A DNA stretch of 64,000 nt from Bugula neritina (lineage: Eukaryota; Animalia; Bryozoa). Position 1 is the first letter of the stretch; each line of letters begins with the position of its first letter. The position numbers and the translations under genes are program-made. The stretch spans positions 26,304,628 to 26,368,627 of the forward strand of contig OZ037767.1 in NCBI GenBank assembly GCA_964035545.1. The letters run 5' to 3'. Under the pieces are notes generated by a model that searched no databases, had not been told where the DNA came from, and worked only from the letters and a program-made list of their open reading frames with translations. Below are positions 32,577 to 49,836 of the stretch, piece by piece.

Positions 32577-35500
32577 ATGGTATTAATCCTAGGAGGACAG
32601 CGAATTGAGAAGCAGGTGTTCCAACACAAAGGCCACATTGTCAAACACCCCTCTACACGGAAGACACTAAGTGTAAGTTCATATGTACTGTAGTCGTCTT
32701 CTACCACTTGGCTCATCTTAACTATAGAAATCTTACTGCACTACAAAGCTTCAAAGCAAAAATAACTTAAAGCAACATTATTTGTTTTCTATTTGTTGTA
32801 AAACTGTATTTAAATAGTGAAACCTTATGCTTGCATACACGTACCACATGTTTTATTTCTAACTTATTTACGTGTATAAAGTTTATCTAATTATCTTGAG
32901 AGTTATGATTGAACTATAATGTGCTCATGAACTTCACAGGAAGTGAATGCAGCCTACAGGGAGTATCCGGAAGAAATAATGGATCGCAATGTTCTGTACG
33001 CTACTCAAGAGGAGTTTGTGGTGATTGATGAGGGATATAGAGGTATGCGTATATAATAATGTTTAATAACCATACAATAATGTATATTATTATAGAAAAT
33101 AGCCATATTATAATGCATACGTTAGTGCATTTTTATATTGGGCTAGCTATCAGTATAATTACTACTTATATTCATTGTGATTATTCACAATTATTTTGTT
33201 CTATACAAAATTATTGCAATATACACACTATTGGTTTGTCAAAACATCAGAGCCTATATGTTGTCAACAATTGGCAGTATATTCAAACTAAGATATAATG
33301 TATCTACAAAATTATTGTTTAGCAATAACTCCCAACTTTTAGTGCAACTTATTGATTCAGCTGCGCATAGCAGTAGCTAATAATAATACACAATGAAAGT
33401 CAGCAGTATGAGCTCTATTATCAGCATGAGCACCAAATTTATGATAAAACATAATTTTTGAACATAAAACACACAAACAGTCTGTAGATGATAGCTAAGA
33501 TATATATGAATATTTTAATACTGAATGAATGAGATGTGTATATCAGAGACCATTTCAGCCTCTGGGTTTCTTTATTAAATATTATTCTGTCACAGCACTA
33601 CTTTGTGTAAAGCCTATTTAAAGCTATTTTTATATGTATTGCTTCATACTACTTTTATTATTGACAGGGTCTATACAGTACATAGCTACAGATGAGGCCA
33701 CCACCTGCCATATTGTTATCTTTGTTCAACCAGGTACAGTGACTATGTTCTACTCACTCAACCTGTATCTGTTATGTCACATAATCGTATATTAATTTAA
33801 TTATTTTAAATGCTTAAAACTAAAATGTGCAACTTTCTACCATAAAGTGTTTGCTGGTGAATTAATACTGGGGGTATTTGTTTGGCATTACATTATATAC
33901 TGTAAGAAAGAAACTTTACATACACACTAATGAAATGTCCACTTGTAACGCGCATAGCATTTATTTATTTATTGTAATGCACTACATTTATCTAGAGATC
34001 AATTAGCATCTTAAACTTTGCTCTGTTAGCTCTCAAGGTTTTTGGACTTGGACATTTTGATGGGAAGAAGAAATCAGATCAGGAAGAGTCTAATACTAAC
34101 CAAGGAATCACTTCCATGCTAGCTGCTATGGACGCTCGCTGTGGAACATCTGGCTCTGCCTCAAAGTAAGTTTATTCTGCAGTCTGAAATCAGTTTATAT
34201 AGTATCACTGTGATTGCAGCCAATAAAATTAATGAATGTTGAAGTTATCGCCTTTTGAAGTTTGTATGAAAGCAAAGTTCTTAAAACCAAATGTGGGACC
34301 TCATTTTTTGAGTGGAAGTATAAACACACTTGCAGTTAATTATTAGCTTTGAACTTTAAACTCAGTTATAGTCTATGAATTATGTTAAACATGAACTGTT
34401 AATGTTGCATATAAAATACCTGACTGTATGTAAGTAGGTATAGTTTTTTTTTGTTCTGTAGCTATGATCTTTATATGTATGGTGGATTTGCTGACCCAAT
34501 GGGAACATCCGCTAGAGTTTCAGCTGAACTCTCAGGTAACTAACTGCATGTATGAATCTATTAAAGTTGTATGCCTATTGTACATGCACTTCATTTTTAA
34601 AAAAATTACACAAAGGTTTAGAGCATAGACAACAATACCTAACCTAAATAATACATATATATTTTTGGCTACAAATTTGAAGGTATTGAGTGATATTTTA
34701 TGGTTCATTGGCTAGCAAGCTTACAGGCAGAGCAGTTAATTTGCCTTAAAATATTATTAGTCTACAAAGATATTTTCTTTTCAATTCTTATTTGTTATCA
34801 TTAGCTTTTTTCTATAAAATAATTTGGATGAATATTATATGGTTTATAATGCATTATATTTACACTTAAATGTGCTGTTTATATTACTATTTTTAAATTA
34901 TTTTTCAATGTAGAAGCGATACATAATGCACCTCAGGAAATCAATACTAAAGTCATGATGATTGATGATGAGAACACTTATATTGAGTATGGAGTGCCCT
35001 ACCCACTCTGGAGAGGAGCAGGTAACTCCTACAGAACATGTTTACTTGTCAGACTGCATGCAAAGTTGATGTGAGTGTGTGGACAAATCATAAAGAATGT
35101 TTTACTTTGTATTGCATTTCACTTTGCATTGAATTGCATTGTATTTCATAGAATTAACAACGTTTACAAGATTAGAATGACTTTTTAAATTATCTATATA
35201 TTAATGTTGCACTACTCACTGCATTAAATATAATGTAAAAGCCACTATTGGTGCATGTACATACAGCATGTATATACTATATTCATAACATCTACATGTA
35301 TGCTCCAATATTGTAGCTGTCAGGTTTGTACCTTATTCCCCATACTTTTTCATTTTACGAGCCAAAGTTACAGCAACTGGAAAAGGACCAATTCAGCCAT
35401 GTAAGATGGCTCGACTTTTCACAGACGTTGGAACGGTAAATGGAAACTTATGTTTCACTAGATTTCCTTTTATAAGATGTCTTTTTAAATTGAAGCAATT

Positions 35501-37605
35501 AGACCGCAGTTAGTTGTATCATCTTTAAAGTTCTGGTAGCTTGAAGCATAAACTGTATGCTGTTTTTGAATCTGCGGGTTTAAGGAAGTAAAAGTAATAT
35601 ATTAGTAAAAACCTTATAGACTTTGTTTGTGCTTTCATAGGTTTAGTACAAATGGAGAAATATTCAATTTAGAGGCCTAAAGTTACACGTTGAATGATCT
35701 TAGATAGTAAAACTTATACCTGTTGATTTTGATTTCTAATTTAAAGCAAGTCTTATTTTTTCTTTCATTTAGATCCAAAATGGTTATGATACTGAAAATC
35801 AGGTTATGATAATGCGTCCCTTTGGAGTTACATACCCAGTGGATGAGACCCAGATAGTGCAATCAGACGAGTGGATACGAAATGTAAGATTTTGCACTCT
35901 TTATAGCATTGCCAATGATTATGTACTGAATATAAATGTTCAACTCCTCATGCTGTATCTTTTAATACTTTTTTAATTGCTCGTCATTATGCATGACTGG
36001 TAGGACTTTATATGTAAAAGTTGAAACACAAAGAGCAGTGTTGAAATATATTGTTTACAAAATTTTAAAATATTCTTCTTCCTTAAAAGTTAGCACATGA
36101 TCAACTAGATGGATTTCAAGTTTACATACAACTTTGTAAACTATTTAATATTTATTTAAACTTGGCTGCTTCTAACATTTTTCTTTAGTTGTAACTAGTA
36201 AACACAATGCAAGTTACTAGCAATAATAAGTATAATATTCATAGACAGTATAGGGGTACTTTTTCGAAACACTTTGTTGTAAGGAAAGGCTATTAGTCAG
36301 GAATTTAACATGCTATTATTTCTGCATTAATATGAGTTTTAGTTGGATAAAAAAAGATCAGCAATGTCAGCTATGTTATAAATAATTTAATTCCAATGCG
36401 GCTGTCTCTATAAAAACTAAAAATATTCTCCTCTGAAATGAATCAAACTTCAGGACAAATGTGAAAATCAGAAACCAGCAAAGTTATTTTTAGAATTTTA
36501 GCTAGTTAGATTACTGTTTTATGCTTTTTTAAATTATGTGGGCTGTGAATTTTTACATCATAAAAACTTGCAAGTAATATCTGCTACCGCAAGCTTATAG
36601 TTTTACTTATAACATATCATTAGATGCCACCATTTCACCAAAAAATACATACCAGTACATAATTGCATTCAGCCTTAGAAAGAAAGCTGAGGAATACTCT
36701 TACTGATTATACATACTCCACCAATCTTTATGTGGCTATTATTTTTGTAATAATGTTCTTCATTTAAAGTGTCATTTTTATAGTTAATTTCGAACATCTC
36801 ACTTATAGACACTAAATTTTATACAGAGTTTATACAGAGCTTTAGAACAATAAGCATTTAGTCATCACTAAAAAAAATTAATTGAATTGTGAATTCAATA
36901 CCATAAGCAATCTTGTAGAACATGTCTTCAAGCCCTCCACAAGAACGAGAAGACTTTGAGAAAGCTACCCGAGAAGGCCTCGCTTTCCTTCTGAAATATG
37001 AGGACCCCTTAACTGAGTTCTTCAACGGCCAATCAAAGTACTTCAAGATGAATCATGATGGCACATGGGAGGAGACTACTGCTCCTCTACCTGCTGCCAG
37101 GTATGTAAGAGTTGCGACTTTGTATACGTGTTGCGATGGGTACTCAGCCTATAAGTAAATAATGCTTTAATAAAGTTTTACTTTACTAACAATTATATTG
37201 AGGAAACATTACTTAAGTGCAAAGAAAGTGGTGATGAAGTGTAATGCCCAATGTAGTAAGTGTACAACAATGGTTAGAAAACCTGGACATTATAAAATGT
37301 GATTTAGTTACTTGATATATTAACAACATTTTAGAATTTATTGTAGCATTTTAATGTAAAATATAAAGTAGTACAAGTATATGATATCAAAATTTTTTTG
37401 TTGGTTTTTAAAGTCTCCATGCCCATGAGAACTTTTGATAATGGGGTATTTAAGCAGACCTGTTTCTATTATGGCGGAATGCTTTTTCTAACATCTAACC
37501 AATGGCCTAGTTTTCTGAGATTCGAACCACTAATTAGCATAATATACATTATCATACCTAATTTTGAATAATATTCATAGCGTTTTTTTCTGCAGGAAAA
37601 ACTAG
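32577..37605 (+). CDS. NTAN1: NTAN1-like protein, copy B (~334 aa, 10 coding exons)
   Basis: Exons 32577-32672, 32940-33042, 33668-33733, 34030-34165, 34462-34535, 34914-35021, 35317-35435, 35773-35883, 36919-37100, 37596-37605. All GT-AG, frame open, ATTCH and GHFDG intact. Confidence 0.9.
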
Positions 37606-38319
37606 ATGGGAAACGAATAAAATTTAGAAGGTGAACACTGGAGCACTTCTTTGAGCATTTCATCAACTTATAAAATTATGTTAAATGGATTGCATCCCAT
37701 CATTCTTTGCCTAGTATATTGCTTTTGCATTAAGCATATTACAACATTGTATTCTATGTTCTTTTTCTGATGAGTCTGAATGTAAAACTACTATACTTTT
37801 GCCATAAGTTGTTTACTATTTACCAAATATAATTTGACTTTGCAACATTTTATACAATATAAAGGTGAAAATGTATGTTCATCATTTTTATAATATAAAT
37901 AAAAATATATATTCATTTTATTATTATGGGAATTCAATATTAAGGAAAAGATTTCCATCTACCTAGCTTGTTGGTGAACATAAAAGGCTTATTGCAAACT
38001 ATTTTTCTTAAACAGACTTTCATATATAAAAACAATTTCATAGACACATTTAACATGCCAATCTATTTCATTATTACCTTCACGGTTATTGTAAAGTTTT
38101 TATTTAATTTTTAATTGTAAAAGAGTTAACCCTGTAGCATTATACATAGTATCTCTTATGAGTTTGTAAGTGTGACACCTTCAAGCCAATAAGCAAAATA
38201 GTAGCTATAAGTTTAAAATGGGTCAACGTTTAATCATAACTAAATTATAACAGGCAAACTAAGAGAAAGATAAATCCTAAACCTATGATTAAACCAGAAC
38301 AAAAAGTCATTATTGTTAA

Positions 38320-39917
38320 CCCTCATTCTACCTACAGAAGGGGGTGGGGTCCAATTAGACCCCAGAGGGTACGTTTCATATGCCACACAATTATTATTGT
38401 TTTGTGACAATAAAAAAGAATATGCCTTTGGGGTTCAATCGGACCCCAGTCTAAAATGTAAATTTATCATCACTTTTAATGCATCTGTCACACGGAATTT
38501 GTTATTTTTATGGTGAACTATCGCAAATAATAGAAGATTGGCAAATGCACTGCTGCTCAAGTCCTAAGAGCTATCCTATACGTAGATAATGGGTTTGGGG
38601 TTTGAGACCTATCTGTTGCAGGAGAGGACTACTAGAACAGTCAGAATATAGTGACACTGAATCTGTAAACCCAGGAAATCGAGAACAAGTTGATGCTAAC
38701 CAGCTTCCTCTATCCAGCAATGCATCTGGTATGGAAAGAGAAAGGCAGCAGGCTGAGGAAGAAAGTGGTGGACTTGGTAGGGCTAATGGCCAAGGTAGTG
38801 GTCATATGGCCTTGGCTGTGGTAAAGGTAAAGCATCCCAGCAGCCACCAGATATACCTGCAAGACAAGATGCCGTTCAAGATGTTTGTCAAACATGAAAT
38901 ATATAACTGTGTGGCAAAAACACCCACCAAATGTTGGAAGACATCAACCCCAAGATATAATCAGACAGCAACCAGGCATCACTAATGCTGCCAACTGTAG
39001 TTTACTTATTGAAGAATTTGATTTCTCTATCACCCGATCATAACAAACTTTGTTGTTCTAGAAACCAATTAAGACACCAGGCGCTATATCACAGAATGAA
39101 ACAATGTCAATCCAGCACAACCAAAGGTGTGGAAAGTTGTTGATGCCACTGAAATGAAAGCTTTCGTTGGGCTTTGTCTTCTAGTACATAGATCTAACCA
39201 CGAGCCAGTCGGTTCGTTGTGGTCAAAGAAGAAAGGAAGGCCCATTTTTACAGCTTTTAACTATGTCCTGGACCAGATTCACTGATATATCCTGAAATAC
39301 CTCAGGTTTGATAACCAAGCAACTCGTGTTAAAAGGAAAGCAACTGACAACTTGGCTCCATTCCGTGACTTTTAGAATTTGTTTCAGGCACAACTTCCTA
39401 AGTTCTACACACCTGGAACTGACCTTTTGATTGTAATCATGTTTGTTTGTGATGTGCCCTAATTGAAAATGTTCTTTTCGATCAATCAACAACTATTGAA
39501 TCAATTCACATATATTGTATTTGTGGTGCAAACATACTCCAGTCAAGAAACCTTGTAAATAACATAGGTTCTGTGTTCAGAAGTGGTTATTTTTTGCTTA
39601 CACTTAGTTTCTAACATTTATACTCTGTACAATTCTATTGGAGTTGCTGTTAATTTAGTTACAAAAAATCATTTTAAATATCTGAAACTGTGCTTATTTT
39701 ATTCTATTTATGGCTTATATAGTTAGAATAAAACAGCTGGTAATAATGAGCAATTTATATGGCATAGCTTTTCATTTTAATTACTAATAAAATAAGCTCT
39801 AACTAAAAATGTTAATTGTTATTAATGCTCATTAAAAAAATCCACATATTGTAATTGGGGTATGAATGAACTCCAGTTGGTAAAATTTGCATGTAAAATA
39901 TGTCGGTAAGATCAGGG
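38320..39917 (+). mobile_element. Decayed piggyBac transposon with intact TTAA target sites
   Basis: TTAA(38316-38319)|CCCTCATTCTACCTACA ... TGTCGGTAAGATCAGGG|TTAA(39918-39921); the terminal repeats match at 13 of 17 positions. Transposase remnant WKVVDATEMKAFVGLCLL...LRFDNQATRVKRKATDNLAPFRDF carries stops and frameshifts. Confidence 0.87.
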
Positions 39918-39997
39918 TTAATTTTTAGTCATTATACATTACTAGTTATAGGACTCTAATATAAAGATTTTTAAACTATTTTTTGTTAATATAAACT

Positions 39998-40048
39998 GGT
40001 CACCTTTGGTCACCTTTCACCGCCGTGGTCCTGCGCGGGCGTGGTGGG
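39998..40048 (-). mobile_element. 51-bp GC-rich insertion with a 20-bp target-site duplication (probable extreme 5'-truncated retroposon)
   Basis: Flanked by ATTTTTTGTTAATATAAACT at 39978-39997 and 40049-40068. A single copy of this 20-mer is at the empty site ~3273-3292. The insert ends in tandem AAAGGTGACC on the minus strand. Confidence 0.75.
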
Positions 40049-41606
40049 ATTTTTTGTTAATATAAACTAAGAGTAATTAATATTTTATATTTTACAAACT
40101 TGACTGTATCTAAAATTTTCCCTCAGTTGAATGCTTAAGATGTGACTAGTGATGGCAATGCAAGTTACTGTTAATAAAAAGTGTGAGAATTATAAGCAGT
40201 ATAGGCGTACTCTTGTGCAGCACTTTGCTGTAAGAAATTTAAACTATCTGTAAGCAATTTAACATGCTATTGTGTCTGCAAAATAGTGGTTTTAGCTGGT
40301 TAAGAAACAGGTCAGCAATGTCAGCTATTTTATAAATAAACTAAATGCAATGTCGCTGTCTCTGTAAAAAGTTTAAATATTATCCTCTGAAATGAATCAA
40401 ATTTTAAAAAAACTGTCAAAACCATAAATTAGCCTTGCTGTTTTTAGAATTTAGATTATTAGCTTACTGTTTTATTCGTTTTTTAAATTATATGGGCTGT
40501 GAAATTCTACATTATAGTCACATGCAAGTAACATCTGCTAGTCAAGGTTATAGTTTTCCTTATAACATTATATGTTACCTTTTGTCTGCATGCGCGCGTG
40601 CGTGCGTGTCTGTATGTATGTGTGTGCGTATGTGTGTTGGCGTGTGTTTGCATGTGTGTGCGTGTGCGTATGCGTGTGTGTGCGCATGTGCGTGTGCGTG
40701 TGCATGTGTGTGTGTGTGTGTGTAAAGCTGATCAAATTTTCTGATTTTATATTGCACTACATCATGTAGAAATAACAATATTTGCAAGATCAAAATTATT
40801 GTTTAAATTATCTATAGGCTATATTGATGTTGTACTACCCACTGCATTAAACATATTGATGCATGCGCAAACAGCATGCTATACTGCATTCATAGCATCT
40901 ACATAAATGTAGGATTCAAAAGTGCAGTGGGCGTACTCTTGGGCAACATGTTGCTGTATGGAAAAACTATCTGTAAGCAATTTAACATGCTATTGTGTCT
41001 GCAAAATAGTGGTTTTATCTGGTTAAAAAACAGGTCAGCAATGTCAACTGTGTTATAAATAACCTAAAACCATGTTGCTGTCTCTGTAAAAAATTCAAAT
41101 ATTTTAATCTGAAATGAATCAAATTTCAAGACAAATGTCAAACTATAAATTAGTCTCGTTATTTTTAGAATTTTAGTCAATGAGCTTACTGTTATATGCG
41201 TTTTTAAATTATATGGCCTGTGAAATTCTACATTATAAACACATGCAAGTAACATCTGCTAGTGCAAGCTTATGGTTTCTTTATAACATTATATGTTACT
41301 GTTTTGCAAAAGATATACTATTGCATTCAGCCTTAGAAAGAAAGAGTGAGGTATGCTCTTACTAATTTTACTTATTCACCAATCTTTATGTGGCTATATT
41401 TTCACAATAATGTTCTTCATTTACAATGTAATTTTTATGGCTAATTTAAAACATGTCACTAGATATTGTATTTCACTTACATAATAGGTGGTATAAGGTT
41501 TCTACAGAACTTTAGAACAAGACGCATATATTCACACCAAAATGCAATATCCATTGAATTATCTTAGCCGACTTTAGTGAATGCAAGATCATAAGCAATC
41601 TTGTAG

Positions 41607-41788
41607 AACATGTCTTCAAGCCCTCCTCAAAAACGGCTTAGCTTTGAGAAAGCTACCCGAGAAGGCCTCGCTTTCCTTCTGAAGTATGAGGACCCCTTAA
41701 CAGAGTTCTTCAACAACCAATCAATGTACTTTACGCTGAAGGCTGATGGCACATGGGAGCAAACTACTGCTCCTTCAACTGCTTCCAG
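41607..41788 (+). pseudogene. Orphan duplicate of NTAN1-like exon 9 with intact splice sites (partial duplicate or alternative last exon of copy B)
   Basis: ttgtag|AACATGTCTTCAAGC...TCCAG|gtatgt, frame open, flanks closest to copy C. No exons 1-8 of its own and no exon 10 before copy C. Confidence 0.65.
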
Positions 41789-42054
41789 GTATGTAAGAGG
41801 TCAGAAGAGTGGTGACTTTGTATACGTGTTGCCATGGATACGAAGTCTAGTAAACACAGAGATTCGAGCCACAGAACTCCGGCTTGCAAGCAATTACACC
41901 ACAGGGGATGCTGGGTTAACTCAGCACTACAATTATTTCTCCTTTAAAGTTAGCAGACGATCAGCTAGATAGATTTTATGTTCGCATAAAAGTTTTTAAA
42001 TTATTTATTGTTTATATAAACTACTATAATATAGTAATTAATATTTTGTACGCA

Positions 42055-42325
42055 GCCAAAGTCGTGGGTGACCTTGACTGCACTACAAAAATGGCTGCAA
42101 GAAGAATATGAAGGCTGTCGGCATAGACACAGCATCCTGGGAAGATTTTACATCCGATGGCACGAGTTGGAGAAGCAAACTAAAACACCATCTCACATTA
42201 GGGGAAAAAAGCCTCTCAGTGCAGCTGCTGAAAAGGGGGCACACAGAAGGGTTCAGGCTACCTCTGTCAGACCTGAATCTACTTACAAGTGTGACCTTTG
42301 TAACAAAGACTTCCACTCACTGCGC
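42055..42325 (+). mobile_element. RTE-clade-like LINE C-terminal fragment
   Basis: YKNGCKKNMKAVGIDTASWEDFTSDGTSWRS, then after a frameshift YKCDLCNKDFHS. This resembles the post-RT W...W block and terminal zinc finger of RTE-type ORFs. Confidence 0.65.
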
Positions 42326-43701
42326 CAGGAAGATAATCCTGGCTGTTTGTTCAGAACTTTAATGAAAGTATGCATTAGCTTTTTGTAGTTTATTTAGCTA
42401 TTTTTGGGCTTTTTGTTATGTTCTTTTTGTTTGTATAATAAGTGTTAGTAGTTCACTTGCTAGGAAGACGTTGGAAAGAGCTGATGTCTGTAAGGGGCAT
42501 TATAATTTTGGAGTTTTTGTTTTTGTTGATATTATTTGAAGATTACCTATGTACCGTATGTATTTTTGTACAGGATGCAACCATTTTTTGATATTTTGAT
42601 AGAGTACAAGACCAAGAGTAAACAATAAATACTAAGATTCAGAAAGTTGATCTAGGCTTGTTGCTATGCAACTCACTAAGTCATTCCTGGCACACTCACA
42701 CATTAGTCTGCACAGCCACAGGCACAGCCACAGGCACCGCCACAGGCACCGCTACTCAGCCCACTCATAGGGTGCGTTCCGGCAGAGCTAGGCCAAATTC
42801 ATAAACTTGAAAAAATTAAACCTTCCTTTTTTGGTTGAATGCTTAAAATGTGACTAGTGATTGCATGCAATTGGCGCTAGTATTAATAAATGCAAGATTC
42901 ATAAACAGTATAAGCGTACTCTTGGGCAACACTTTGCTGTAAGGAAAAGCTATCAGCAAGTGATTTTTTATTCTGTTGGGCCTGCATTAATAATAGTTTT
43001 AGCTGGTTAAAGAAGGTCAGCAATGTCAGCTATTTTATAAATAACTATAATCAATATCCTAAATTATCAAGTGTCACTATAAAAAATGCAAATATTCTCC
43101 TCTAAAATGAATCAGTTTCAGGACAACTGTCAAAACCATAAATTAGCCTTGATATCTTTAGAATTTTAACTTTTTTTACTATTTTTTTTAAATTGCATGG
43201 GCTGTGAAATTTTACTCATAATAAATTAGCATATATATAAGCAGTTTATTAAATACATTTAGTATGCCAATCTATTTTATTATCACCTTCAACACTATTT
43301 TAATATTTTTGAAAAGGTATAATTTTTTAAATACAAATGAGCCAACTCTGTAGCATTATACATATTATCAACAGTTATTAAAATCCCTGGTTAGTATTAG
43401 ATTATGCAGAGAAAATATTCTACAAAACTATGCCAGAATAAATTTACGTTGTGCAAACTTGAAATGAAAAATTCACAAATGAATACTTAGAGGGTGCAAA
43501 GAATTCATCTGCTACGCGCATAGCTTTCAGCATCATTTTCCAATAAAATATCTTTATCTCATAACAATTCTGTAGGCAGTTCTGATAGCTTGCAGCTGAT
43601 TGCCGAGGTGCTGGATATTTTTCACCAGCAACTACTTCACAATGCAATTAAAGTATGCAATTCAAAGTACAACTTAATTACGCCTCCATTTTATTATTTG
43701 G

Positions 43702-43773
43702 CCAATAAAAACAGGCCTGATGTACACGTTCCAAACAGTTATTGGCTGACTGAGCCAAAACATTTTTTATTGG
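43702..43773 (+). promoter_or_regulatory. Triple CCAAT/ATTGG cluster, putative promoter of copy C
   Basis: CCAAT at 43702, ATTGG at 43741 and 43769; donor ATCAG|GTAAA at 43881. Confidence 0.55.
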
Positions 43774-44248
43774 CTGATCTGTATTTATATCACTGTGTAA
43801 GTGCATGGCTGTATAGTATATATAACTTGACGTACTCAGTATTTATTCAAACTCCAGCTGGTGATCGATTAATAGCATCAGGTAAACTATGTTTTATTTT
43901 AACTAGCAATTGATATCATACATTTATTTTATAGTACACTTTACTGTTAATAAAACTTTGCGGCACAAATGTTGGTCTTGTTATCTAATTCACATCATAG
44001 TTGTTTAAATAATTTTTATTTCTAATCCCATTTATTTTATTTTTTTAAAGTTTTATTGTCACTTGAAATAAACAAGTTTTTTTGAAAACTGACGTTTAAC
44101 TCATTTTTGAGCAAATTTTATGCATCATTGTTATTGCTTAATTTGTAATATATAGGAAACTTTATTAATTAAAAAAGAATAAAAAATTATCACAAAGCAT
44201 CTTACATTACTTGTAATTGTTTCAGTCAGATCCCAACACTGTGCAGCC

Positions 44249-49836
<5,588 letters not shown>

